Source of the DNA: Deltaproteobacteria bacterium
GTDB taxonomy: Bacteria > Desulfobacterota > Binatia > UBA9968
Length of the DNA: 64,000 bases
Assembly: GCA_023250515.1 (NCBI GenBank)
Contig: JAHFAO010000002.1
Span: 2,361 to 66,360 of the forward strand
Direction: 5' to 3'
Shown: one piece after another, positions 35,861-45,114 of the stretch
Layout: each line of letters begins with the position of its first letter
Numbering within the stretch: the stretch's first letter is position 1
The notes under the pieces: model-generated
What the model was told of the DNA's origin: nothing
Databases searched by the model: none
Seen by the model: the letters and a program-made list of their open reading frames with translations, nothing else
Program-made: the position numbers and the translations under genes

Positions 35861-37153
35861 ATGAGGCACCCTGTCAGATTTGAAATGGATCGGCAGATTG
35901 TTTGTTTCCAAATCCCATCCTTTGGAATCGCTCTAGCTCGGCTGAGGAATCCCTCCCTCAGGGACTGGCCGGTGGCGATCGCGCCGACGCATGTCCCGCG
36001 CGCAGTCCTGTATGAGGTATCGAGCGAAGCGAGGAAGAATGGCCTCTCTCCTGGCATGCCAGTGGATCAAGCCCGCTGGCTTTGCTCATCCCTGCAACTC
36101 ATCCCTCCCGATCCCCGAGGCGTCCGTTCGGCGGACCAATATCTCCTCGAAGTGAGCGGCCGATTCGCGCCGGTTTGGGAGCCGGTCAGTCCTGGCCATC
36201 TTTATTTGGATCTGACCGGGACAACCCGTCTTTTCGGCCGCGCTGTTGATACCGCGGCCCGAATTGAACGCGAGGTCATGGAGCGCCACGGCTTGAGCGG
36301 CGTCATGGGTCTAGGAAGCAACAAGCTCGTTTCCGGCATTGCCGCTACCCTCGTTCAACCCCTGGAACTCTACGATGTTAGTCCGGGCTCGGAGAGAACA
36401 TTTTTGGCACCCTTGCCCGCGACCCTGCTCCCGGAATTCGGCCGCCTATATGCCGCAAAAACACAAGAGGTCTTAGCCACTCTGGACGATCTCAATCTCA
36501 AAACACTCGGGGAGATTGCTGAGATTCCACTCTTCCATCTCGAACTCGTCCTCGGACCTCAAGCGAGACTCCTGCGTCAATGGGCTCTCGGTATCGATCC
36601 TTCCCCCGTATGGCCTCCGGTTCGGCGTCCCTCTCTTGAAGTCTCCCACATCTTGGATACGGACGAAGTAGATGATGACCGATTGCTTGGCCTTCTGTAC
36701 AGCCTATTGGAAAGGCTGTGCCAGAAGCTCCGACGACAATTGCAGGCTTGTCGGCGTCTCACGCTCACCTTGGGGCACAGCGATGGCATTGAGATTACCA
36801 AGCATCAAACTTTCAATCCCGGCACTTACTGGGAGGCTGATATCTATCCTCGCCTGCAGCAGCTCTTCATTCGTTCCTTTCAACGCCGGGTTCGACTCAG
36901 GAGCGTGAGGATCGGTGCGGAGGCCCTGGGGATCGTGGAGAAACAGTTGTCTCTTTTCGAAGAAGAACCATCTGAGGAACAGATAAAGCATGTCCGGAGG
37001 CAACGCCTTGCTTTGGCGCTCGATCGGTTGCGCGATCGCTTCGGCGACCGCGCGGTCTGGTGGGGGCACAGGCAGTCCGGAGTTTCGGGTTGCGAGTTCC
37101 GAGTTAAAAACTCATACCCGAAACTCGGTACTCCAAAACTCGTAACTCACTAA
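35861..37153 (+). CDS. imuB: ImuB-like Y-family polymerase homologue (catalytically inactive)
   Basis: Y-family fold blocks are present ('LYLDLTGTTRLFG', 'GLGSNKLVSGIAA'). The DinB catalytic 'DMD' and 'DE' positions read 'QIP' and 'GH'. Lies between the LexA-like gene and dnaE2. Confidence 0.75.
   Translation: MRHPVRFEMDRQIVCFQIPSFGIALARLRNPSLRDWPVAIAPTHVPRAVLYEVSSEARKNGLSPGMPVDQARWLCSSLQLIPPDPRGVRSADQYLLEVSGRFAPVWEPVSPGHLYLDLTGTTRLFGRAVDTAARIEREVMERHGLSGVMGLGSNKLVSGIAATLVQPLELYDVSPGSERTFLAPLPATLLPEFGRLYAAKTQEVLATLDDLNLKTLGEIAEIPLFHLELVLGPQARLLRQWALGIDPSPVWPPVRRPSLEVSHILDTDEVDDDRLLGLLYSLLERLCQKLRRQLQACRRLTLTLGHSDGIEITKHQTFNPGTYWEADIYPRLQQLFIRSFQRRVRLRSVRIGAEALGIVEKQLSLFEEEPSEEQIKHVRRQRLALALDRLRDRFGDRAVWWGHRQSGVSGCEFRVKNSYPKLGTPKLVTH
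37080..37150 (+). repeat. Hairpin plus tandem-repeat element inside the imuB 3' end
   Basis: An 11-bp perfect stem GAGTTTCGGGT (37080-37090) / ACCCGAAACTC (37116-37126) with an inner GAGTT/AACTC stem. Followed by tandem AAACTCGGTACTCC / AAACTCGTAACTCA (37121-37149). Confidence 0.7.
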
Positions 37154-37165
37154 TTAAAACCGACC

Positions 37166-40100
37166 ATGTCCTCCTTTATCCATTTGCATGTCCACTCACA
37201 CTACTCGGCGATGCGCGGCGTCTCATCCTTGGAAGCGCTCTGTCAGGCGGCTCATGCCCAAGGTGCGGATACCCTTGCCTTGACGGACACCAACGGCCTG
37301 TATGGGGCCATCCGGTTTCTAGAGATTGCCCGTCAGAACGGGCTGAGACCCATTCTGGGCGCGGAGCTGACCCAAGGGTCTCATCGCGCCGTACTTGTAG
37401 TCAAAACCGCTGAGGGGTATGCCAACCTCTGCTGGCTTTTATCGGCTCGACATTGCGATGACTCCTTTGACTTTATCAGCGCGATGGCCCAACACCGGAA
37501 GGGCTTGTTTTTGCTCTCCGATGATGCGCAGGCCCTCACGGCCTGGAAAAAAGAGTCGCCCGAGGACCTTTATGTAGAGCTAACGCCCGGCGCAATGATG
37601 CATCAAGCCTTGGCTTTCAGCCGCCGGGCCAAGCTCCCACCCGTAGCCACCAATAGAGTCCATTTCGTGAGTCCCGATGAATTCCTCCTCCATCGCCTCC
37701 TCCGGGCCATCGCCTTGAATACTACGCTCTCGCGCCTTCCAAAGGCTGCCTGCTGCCTGCCCCATCACTGGCTTGCTCCAAAGTCGGTTTTAGAGCGAAA
37801 GTTCCCTCATGTCCCCGAGGCCCTTGCGAATACCAGACGCATTGCCGAGGCATGCCAGACCGAATGGAATTTTAAGGAGACAATCTTCCCGGCGTTTCGC
37901 CGGTTGCCGGACAGCCAGGCCTTCACGTTACTTCGAGACAAGACTTATGCCGGCGCCGCCTGGCGCTATGGGGTTATAAGCCCCGCGGTTCGAGAGCGGA
38001 TCGAGCACGAGTTGGCCATTATCCAAAAGAAACGTTTTGCCCACTACTTTCTAGTGGTGGAGGAGATCGTCCGACACGCGCCTCTGACCTGTGGCCGGGG
38101 TTCTGCCGCCGCGTCGATTGTGGCCTACTGCTTGGGAATTACTCATGTGGACCCAATCCGGCATCGGCTCTTCTTTGAACGCTTTCTGAATACCGGGCGA
38201 AACGATCCCCCAGATATTGACATTGATTTTCCCTGGGATGAACGGGACTCCATTCTAGACTGGGTCTTCGCTCAATATGGGGCTGACCGCGCCGCCATGG
38301 TGGCGAATCAAAACACCCTGGGACTCAGGGCCGCCATCCGTGAGGTGGCGAAAGTCTATGGGATGATCCCGGAGGAGATCGGCCGGCTCGCGCCGCGCAT
38401 CCTGCGACAAATAGATCTATTACGGTTGGCAGAAAGCACGCCTTCCCGCGCCTGGGCAGAGTCTCTTTGCCGAGACATCCAGATCAAGGAGCCGTGGCCC
38501 GAGATTCTCAACCTGGCCGTCCAAGCGGAAGGTCACTTTCGGCATCTCGCCCTTCACTGTGGGGGCATTGTGATCGTCCCGGATGAGATTCGAAGGTACG
38601 TGCCAGTGGAGATCGCGGCTAAAGGCGTCCCGGTGGTCCAGTGGGAGAAGGATCAGGTTGAAGAGGCCGGTCTCGTTAAGATCGACCTCTTGGGGAATCG
38701 CTCGCTCGCAGTCATCCGCGACGCGCTTGCGGCTATAGAACGGACCGGCGGCTACCGGCTGGACTATGCGACCTGGGACCCGCTCACGGACGAGAGGACC
38801 AAGGACCTAATCAGACGAGGAGAGACTATAGGCTGCTTCTATGTTGAGTCGCCGGCTACGCGACTGCTGCTTAAAAAGCTTTGGAACCGCATGCCAGAGG
38901 ACCGAAAGGCACAAGCGGATGTTTTTGAATACCTGGTCATGGTCTCATCTCTTGTCCGGCCTGCTGCGATTTCTTTCGTTCAGGAGTTCGTCCGGCGGGC
39001 CCATGGAGAAAGGTATCAACCCTTGCACCAGGTGTTGGAGCAGGTCCTCAACGAGACGTATGGAATCATGGTGTACCAGGAAGATGTCACCAAGGTAGCG
39101 ATGGCACTGGCAGGATTCTCGCTGGAGGATGCCGATCAGTTACGGAAGGTCCTGAGCAAAAAGCATAAGGAGCGACAGCTCAGGGATTATCGCGTCCAGT
39201 TCTACCGCGGTGCCCTGGCTCGCGGCGTGCCTCTTCCTACCATCGAGGCCATCTGGCCTATGATCATGAGCTTCGCCGGCTACAGCTTTTGCAAACCCCA
39301 TTCGGCAAGCTATGCGCAGGTCTCATTCAAGTGCGCCTACCTCAAGGTCTACTATCCGGCCGAGTTTATGGCCTCGGTCATTAGCAATGAGGGTGGTTTC
39401 TATCCGACATTCGCCTATCTCTCCGAAGCCCGCCGGCTGGGGCTAACAGTCCTTCCTCCGGACATCAACGCGAGCGACTGGGCCTATACTGGCGCTGGGC
39501 AGATCATTCGGGTCGGCTTAATGCAAATCAGAGGCCTTAAGCGCTCATTGGTCGATCGGTTGATAGCAGAGCGCAACGCGACCGGCCCTTTTCGCTCATT
39601 TCAGGACTTTTGCTCGCGAACGCGGCCTGAACCAGCCCAGGCTCGCCTCTTAATTAAAGCAGGATGCTTCGATCGGGTGTCTGAAGGACTAACGCGGCCG
39701 GCGCTCCTTTGGCGGATGTATGGCTGCCCAGATGGCCAGCTCTCTGGTACCCTCCCTATTCCTAAGGACTATTCAGAGGACCAGAAGCTTCAGCATGAGA
39801 TCGAGATCTTTGGTTTTCCTCTCAGCCGACACCCGCTGCAGCTCTACAGCCCAAATCTAGAAGGACTGCAGTGCATTCCGGCCGTGGAAATGGGTCGGCA
39901 TGGGGGGCGACATATAACGATGATTGGCTGGCTGATAACAGAGAAATTAACCCAGACCAAAGAGGGTGATCCGATGGAGTTCGTGACCTTCGAGGACACC
40001 ACAATGCTTTACGAGACCACCTTCTTCCCCGACGTCTACCGCCGCTCCTGCCACCTCCTTACCCCAAATAGGCCGTATATTTTGCGCGGTCTCGTCGAGG

Positions 40101-40219
40101 AGGAGTTCGGAGCGATCACGCTAACGGTCCGGCACATCGAGCGTCTGGATATGCGGGCTAAGAGTTGTTATGCTGACCGAAGAGAAGATTTTTCCTCTCA
40201 AGCCTCAAAATGGATTTGA
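37166..40219 (+). CDS. dnaE2: Error-prone DNA polymerase III alpha homologue DnaE2 (ImuC)
   Basis: 1017 aa. PHP domain 'FIHLHVHSHYS', polymerase core 'PDIDIDF' and a C-terminal OB domain. Shorter than DnaE1 and sits downstream of imuB. Confidence 0.9.
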   Translation: MSSFIHLHVHSHYSAMRGVSSLEALCQAAHAQGADTLALTDTNGLYGAIRFLEIARQNGLRPILGAELTQGSHRAVLVVKTAEGYANLCWLLSARHCDDSFDFISAMAQHRKGLFLLSDDAQALTAWKKESPEDLYVELTPGAMMHQALAFSRRAKLPPVATNRVHFVSPDEFLLHRLLRAIALNTTLSRLPKAACCLPHHWLAPKSVLERKFPHVPEALANTRRIAEACQTEWNFKETIFPAFRRLPDSQAFTLLRDKTYAGAAWRYGVISPAVRERIEHELAIIQKKRFAHYFLVVEEIVRHAPLTCGRGSAAASIVAYCLGITHVDPIRHRLFFERFLNTGRNDPPDIDIDFPWDERDSILDWVFAQYGADRAAMVANQNTLGLRAAIREVAKVYGMIPEEIGRLAPRILRQIDLLRLAESTPSRAWAESLCRDIQIKEPWPEILNLAVQAEGHFRHLALHCGGIVIVPDEIRRYVPVEIAAKGVPVVQWEKDQVEEAGLVKIDLLGNRSLAVIRDALAAIERTGGYRLDYATWDPLTDERTKDLIRRGETIGCFYVESPATRLLLKKLWNRMPEDRKAQADVFEYLVMVSSLVRPAAISFVQEFVRRAHGERYQPLHQVLEQVLNETYGIMVYQEDVTKVAMALAGFSLEDADQLRKVLSKKHKERQLRDYRVQFYRGALARGVPLPTIEAIWPMIMSFAGYSFCKPHSASYAQVSFKCAYLKVYYPAEFMASVISNEGGFYPTFAYLSEARRLGLTVLPPDINASDWAYTGAGQIIRVGLMQIRGLKRSLVDRLIAERNATGPFRSFQDFCSRTRPEPAQARLLIKAGCFDRVSEGLTRPALLWRMYGCPDGQLSGTLPIPKDYSEDQKLQHEIEIFGFPLSRHPLQLYSPNLEGLQCIPAVEMGRHGGRHITMIGWLITEKLTQTKEGDPMEFVTFEDTTMLYETTFFPDVYRRSCHLLTPNRPYILRGLVEEEFGAITLTVRHIERLDMRAKSCYADRREDFSSQASKWI

Positions 40220-40378
40220 AGCGCAAAGCAGGGTCAGCGAGATCGGCAAGAGAGTGAAGACCGATGCTGAGGGCTAGCCTGCTCCGAGTTGACATAACCG
40301 CTCAATATCCGCTACTCTTCCACATATTTCCACTCGTTTATCTGTCAGCATTTTGGGCTTGTCCTAGCCATCAAGGTA

Positions 40379-41584
40379 ATGCTTAGAAAAAATATAGAAG
40401 TCCCACTCCTGGACCTCAAGGCGCAATATCGTCGGATACGGGCTGAAGTTAGCCAGGCTATCGATGAGGTCTTGGAATCGCAGCAATTTATACTGGGATC
40501 TAAGGTCCAGCGATTTGAGGAACAGGCGGCCTCCTATCTCCAATCTGATGCGGCCATTGGGGTCGCTTCTGGAAGCGACGCCTTGCTCCTGTCTCTCATG
40601 GCGCTTGGTATTGGTGCTGGCGATGCGGTCCTAGTTCCCACCTTCACCTTTTTCTCCACGGCATCGTCTATTGCGCGCCTCGGGGCCATGCCAATTTTCC
40701 TCGACATCGATCCAGAGAACTATTTGATCGATCCAAAATCGGTAGAGGCCTTTCTCAAAGAGCGTTGTAGACCACACCCCGATGGGCAAGGTCTGATGGA
40801 GCCAAAGAGCCGCAGCAGAATTAGAGCTATCTTGCCGGTCCATCTCTTCGGCCAATGTTGCTCCATGACACCTCTCCTTTCTCTCGCACAAAAGCATCAC
40901 CTCCACATTGTAGAAGATGTCGCCCAGGCCTTTGGTGCCCGTGCTCTTCTGTCCCAAAGGGTCTCTAAGCCTGTCGGGACCATCGGCGATTTGGGGTGCT
41001 TCTCTTTTTTCCCCACCAAGACCTTGGGCGGAATGGGAGATGGGGGACTTGTGGCAACTGACAAGAAAGATTTAGCCGATAAGGTTCGAATGCTTAGAGT
41101 CCATGGGCAAGGCTCGAGGTATCATCACCTTGCAGTAGGCCTCAATTCTCGCCTGGATGCGATTCAAGCTGCCATCCTTGCGGTTAAGCTGCGCTATCTA
41201 GATCAGTGGTGTGAAGAGAGAATCCAGCGTGCCCATCTCTACCAAAATCTTTTCTCAGGAACGGGCCTTGTGAGAGATAAGATCATTAGCCTTCCTGCAC
41301 CGGGCAACGAGAGATCCCACGTCTTTAATTACTACGTGATTCGCGTCCAACAGAGGGACGATCTTAAGCAGTATCTGAGAGGGCATGGGATTCAAACCGA
41401 GGTCTATTATCCTCTTCCGCTGCACCTTCAGCCCTGTTTTGCTCACCTTGGCCACCGCCAAGGCGATTATCCCAACTCCGAACTAGCCACCTCACAGGTC
41501 CTCGCCCTGCCGATGTATCCGGAGCTAACTTCAGAACAGCAGGAGATTGTCGTCCAGAAGATCAAAGATTTTTACCGCAAGTAA
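40379..41584 (+). CDS. DegT/DnrJ/EryC1/StrS-family PLP-dependent sugar aminotransferase
   Basis: 'QFILGSKVQRFEEQAASY', 'FSFFPTKTLGGMGDGG' (PLP lysine region) and 'VHGQ...YHH..VGLNSRLD'. Confidence 0.9.
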   Translation: MLRKNIEVPLLDLKAQYRRIRAEVSQAIDEVLESQQFILGSKVQRFEEQAASYLQSDAAIGVASGSDALLLSLMALGIGAGDAVLVPTFTFFSTASSIARLGAMPIFLDIDPENYLIDPKSVEAFLKERCRPHPDGQGLMEPKSRSRIRAILPVHLFGQCCSMTPLLSLAQKHHLHIVEDVAQAFGARALLSQRVSKPVGTIGDLGCFSFFPTKTLGGMGDGGLVATDKKDLADKVRMLRVHGQGSRYHHLAVGLNSRLDAIQAAILAVKLRYLDQWCEERIQRAHLYQNLFSGTGLVRDKIISLPAPGNERSHVFNYYVIRVQQRDDLKQYLRGHGIQTEVYYPLPLHLQPCFAHLGHRQGDYPNSELATSQVLALPMYPELTSEQQEIVVQKIKDFYRK

Positions 41585-41638
41585 GGGAAAGCTTGCACAC
41601 GCTAGAAAACTAATCTAGAAATCCTTCAAGGAGGCATC

Positions 41639-42757
41639 GTGGCAAAGGCATCACAGCAGGAAACACCACTCCATCAGGACGGGAGAAAGACAAGCTACGA
41701 CAAGTGGGTTGAGTCTGAGGGGATTCCTATCGTCAAGACCTTTTTTGTGGACGACATACGAAGCGTGAAACTGGAGTGGTGGGAGCGCAAGGGAGGCTAT
41801 GGCGCGTTTCTCCAAATGGAGGGCGCCGGACAAGTCAACAACTGCTACATCTGTGAGATTCCACCGGGTAAGAGCCTAAAGCCCCAAAGGCATCTTTTTG
41901 AAGAGACCATCTACATTGTGAGCGGACGAGGGGCGACCACTATATGGAACCATAATGAAGAGAAGCAAACCTTCGAATGGCAAAGCGGCTCCCTTTTTTC
42001 TCCTCCCCTCAATGCTTGGCACCAGCATTTCAACGGCAGCGGAGATGAGCCTGTCCGCTACTTGGCCGTCACTACCGCCCCAACGATGCTCAATCTCCTC
42101 CACAATTTGGATTTCATTTTCAAAAACAGCTTTCCATTTGAGGATCGGTTCGATGGAAGGGAAGGCTACTTCAACGGCCAAGGGGTTCTCTATGCAGGAG
42201 CCTATAAAGGTTTCACGTTCGCCGGCAATGTCTGGGAAACCAACTTTGTGCCCGATGTGCGCAGTTTCAAACTGATGGACTACAGAGAGCGCGGTGCAGG
42301 AGGAAGCAACATCAAGTTCGAGTTATCGGAAAACACCACCGCGTGCCACATCTCGGAATTTCCCGTGGGCACCTACAAAAAAGCGCACCGCCATGGGCCG
42401 GGGGCACATGTCATTATCTTAAGCGGTCGGGGCTACTCCTTGATCTGGCCAGAAGGGGAACCGATTAAGAAATACGATTGGCACGAAGGAAGCATGGTGG
42501 TTCCGCCGGAAAACTGGTGGCATCAGCATTTCAACACGGGAAGAGAGCCGGCTCGTTACTTGGCCCTTAGGGCCTTTGGCAGCAAAAAGTACCGCGGCGT
42601 TGGCAAACGCTACAAGGGGACAGTGGATCGGAAGCAGGGTGGCGACCAGATCGAATATGAGGACGAAGATCCAATGGTGCGCAAGCTATTTGAAGAAGCC
42701 CTGGCACAGCAAGGTGTTAAGAGCAAGATGGAAAAATACTACCAAAAAAATCTATGA
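41639..42757 (+). CDS. Bicupin protein (gentisate-dioxygenase-like architecture, function unknown)
   Basis: Two cupin barrels: 'IPPGKSLKPQRHLFEETIYIVSGRG...WHQHFN' and 'FPVGTYKKAHRHGPGAHVIILSGRG...WHQHFN'. GTG start with an AAGGAGG SD. Confidence 0.6.
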   Translation: MAKASQQETPLHQDGRKTSYDKWVESEGIPIVKTFFVDDIRSVKLEWWERKGGYGAFLQMEGAGQVNNCYICEIPPGKSLKPQRHLFEETIYIVSGRGATTIWNHNEEKQTFEWQSGSLFSPPLNAWHQHFNGSGDEPVRYLAVTTAPTMLNLLHNLDFIFKNSFPFEDRFDGREGYFNGQGVLYAGAYKGFTFAGNVWETNFVPDVRSFKLMDYRERGAGGSNIKFELSENTTACHISEFPVGTYKKAHRHGPGAHVIILSGRGYSLIWPEGEPIKKYDWHEGSMVVPPENWWHQHFNTGREPARYLALRAFGSKKYRGVGKRYKGTVDRKQGGDQIEYEDEDPMVRKLFEEALAQQGVKSKMEKYYQKNL

Positions 42758-43329
42758 AGGACGCTATCGTCAAAGCCTTCGAGGAGAGCGTTCAAGCAAA
42801 AAAGTCCTTCCTTAAGGAAAACCTTGACAACCTTATCACGGTAATCGAGCTGATTGCCCAGGCTTTCCTTCGAGGCAACAAATTCCTCATCTTCGGGAAT
42901 GGGGGCAGCGCCGCGGACGCGCAGCATATCGCCGCTGAATTCGTAAACCGCTTTCGTATTGAAAGGCCCCCCCTACCGGCCCTGGCCCTGACCACAGATA
43001 CCTCGACCATCACCAGCATCGCCAATGACTACGATTATAAAGAGATCTTTGCCAAGCAGATAAAGGCTTTGGGGAAGGAGGGGGATGTGGCCCTTGCCAT
43101 TTCCACGAGTGGCAATGCTGCCAATGTGCTGGCGGCCATCGATACCTGTAAGAAACTCAAGATCATTACCATTGGTCTAACCGGTGGCAACGGAGGAAAG
43201 ATGGCCCAGAGAGTGGACCATTTACTGCGTGTTTCTGAGGCTAAGAACACGGCCCGCATCCAGGAAACCCATATCCTGGTAGGCCACGTCATCTGCGAGA
43301 TGGTGGACCAAAAGCTCTTTTCAGCATAA
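42754..43329 (+). CDS. gmhA: SIS-domain sedoheptulose-7-phosphate isomerase (GmhA-like)
   Basis: 'FGNGGSAADAQHIAAEFVNRF' and 'ISTSGNAANV'. ATGA overlap with the bicupin stop codon. Confidence 0.8.
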   Translation: MKDAIVKAFEESVQAKKSFLKENLDNLITVIELIAQAFLRGNKFLIFGNGGSAADAQHIAAEFVNRFRIERPPLPALALTTDTSTITSIANDYDYKEIFAKQIKALGKEGDVALAISTSGNAANVLAAIDTCKKLKIITIGLTGGNGGKMAQRVDHLLRVSEAKNTARIQETHILVGHVICEMVDQKLFSA

Positions 43330-43342
43330 AGCCCTCACACCG

Positions 43343-44290
43343 ATGGGTAAGAAAACCTTTAGGCCTCTAAACTTTTCCAAGGTCCGAACCTATCCTCTTA
43401 AGAAACGCTTCAGCAAAGTCCGCCAATCCCTCTTAGGAAAGAAAGTTAGGAAAGGCGCCCGACTCCGCTCTTTTATCAAAGGTCTGCCGGACATTCTTGC
43501 CGCTGAAAACCTCAAAGAAATCGCCCGCAAAATCGCCCGGGCTCATCGAGGTGACAAAACTATTCTTGTGGGGATGGGCGCTCATCCGATCAAAGTCGGG
43601 CTTAGTCCTTTGATCATAGATTTTATGGAAAGAGGAATTGTAAGTGCCGTGGCCATGAATGGCGCCGGCATCATCCATGACTTTGAGCTCGCCTTTATGG
43701 GCGAGACCTCCGAAGATGTCGCATCCAGTCTTAAGGATGGGAGCTTTGGGATGGCCGAGGAGACTGGGGCCTTTTTGAATCGGGCCATCACCAAGGGTTA
43801 TGACCAGAGGCAAGGAATCGGTGCGGCTGCAGGTGAGGCGATCCTTAAAGCTCGCCTTCCGCACCATCGGCTGAGCATCCTCGCCGCTGGAGCGAGATTA
43901 GGGATCCCGGTTACGGTTCACGTGGGGATCGGCACAGACATTATCCACATGCACCCCGAGGTAGACGGCAAAGCCCTAGGTGAAGGGAGCCTCTTGGATT
44001 TTCGTACCCTCACCTCAGTCGTGGCCACACTGGGGGACGGGGTTTTTCTCAACTTGGGCTCAGCGGTAATCCTACCCGAGGTTTTCCTAAAGACGCTGAG
44101 TTTAGCCCGTAACTTAGGTTCCCGCGTGCGCAACCTTACCACGGTTAACCTCGACTTTCTTCCGCACTACCGCCCCCTCACCAACGTCGTCACGCGGCCC
44201 ACACTAGAGAGCGGCAAGGGATATCACCTAACCGGCCATATGGAAATCATGGTCCCGCTTCTGTTCGCGTCGGTGTTGGAGGAGCTGTAA
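43343..44290 (+). CDS. Deoxyhypusine synthase-like (DHS family) protein, function unknown
   Basis: 315 aa. 'GIVSAVAMNGAGIIHDFELAFMG' and 'GIPVTVHVGIGTDIIH' resemble the DHS 'STGAN..HD...A.G' and 'IPV....TD' blocks. Assigned from memory only. Confidence 0.45.
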   Translation: MGKKTFRPLNFSKVRTYPLKKRFSKVRQSLLGKKVRKGARLRSFIKGLPDILAAENLKEIARKIARAHRGDKTILVGMGAHPIKVGLSPLIIDFMERGIVSAVAMNGAGIIHDFELAFMGETSEDVASSLKDGSFGMAEETGAFLNRAITKGYDQRQGIGAAAGEAILKARLPHHRLSILAAGARLGIPVTVHVGIGTDIIHMHPEVDGKALGEGSLLDFRTLTSVVATLGDGVFLNLGSAVILPEVFLKTLSLARNLGSRVRNLTTVNLDFLPHYRPLTNVVTRPTLESGKGYHLTGHMEIMVPLLFASVLEEL

Positions 44291-44360
44291 GTGCTGAGCT
44301 ATGAGGGGACTGAGTTATGAGAAAACTGCCCTCAGCACTCATTACCCAGTCCTAGCTTGT

Positions 44361-45032
44361 ATGAACACTTCCCAGAGGGAGCTAATGCGCGTCTACCACC
44401 GCCTTTATCGCTACTACGGAGATCTCCAGTGGTGGCCAGGTGAGAGTCCCTTAGAGATCTCTGTGGGCGCCATCCTGACGCAAAATACTGCCTGGGCAAA
44501 TGTGGAAAAAGCGATCAAACGACTCAAAGAGACTCATTCTCTAAGCGTCAAAGCCTTAAGTCACCTACCTCACAAGCGCCTAGCCCGTCTCATCAAATCT
44601 GCTGGTTACTTTAATGTGAAGGCAAACCGGCTTAAGAACTTCATCTCCTTCCTTCAAGGCCGTTACGGGGGCAGTCTAAAAAAAATGTTCCAAACAAAGA
44701 CTGATCGCCTGCGGACAGAGCTGCTCTCCGTCAATGGGATTGGGCCGGAAACGGCTGATTCCATCCTGCTCTACGCGGGCGACAAGGCCATCTTTGTAAT
44801 CGACGCCTACAGCAAAAGAATACTCTCACGCCATGGGGTTATGCATTACAAAAAAAGTTACGAAGAATTCCAACAACCCTTTCTTAAACACCTTCCCCGC
44901 GATGTTTACCTTTACAACCAATACCACGCCCTGTTGGTTAATATAGGAAAAGATTTCTGCCGAAGCCGGCCGCTCTGTGACGTCTGCCCCCTCAATGGCT
45001 GGCGCGGTGTCCCTCCGCTACGGACTGCCTAA
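44361..45032 (+). CDS. Endonuclease III-related HhH-GPD protein with C-terminal Fe-S Cys cluster
   Basis: 'WWPGESPLEISVGAILTQNTAW', HhH 'LLSVNGIGPETADSILLY' and C-terminal 'CRSRPLCDVCPL'. Confidence 0.75.
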   Translation: MNTSQRELMRVYHRLYRYYGDLQWWPGESPLEISVGAILTQNTAWANVEKAIKRLKETHSLSVKALSHLPHKRLARLIKSAGYFNVKANRLKNFISFLQGRYGGSLKKMFQTKTDRLRTELLSVNGIGPETADSILLYAGDKAIFVIDAYSKRILSRHGVMHYKKSYEEFQQPFLKHLPRDVYLYNQYHALLVNIGKDFCRSRPLCDVCPLNGWRGVPPLRTA

Positions 45033-45114
45033 GGTTGGATACTTCGAAGCAGTAGGTTAAAATTGTTGGTGATGGGTGGAAAGCAAGGGGGGCTTCTCTA
45101 AATCCCATGCAGGT

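Noticed and set aside
44291-44338. An 8-bp inverted repeat, GTGCTGAG...CTCAGCAC, right after the DHS-like gene. I considered it as a terminator.
   Set aside because: It has a 32-nt loop and no U-tract, so it is a weak hairpin that more likely arose by chance.
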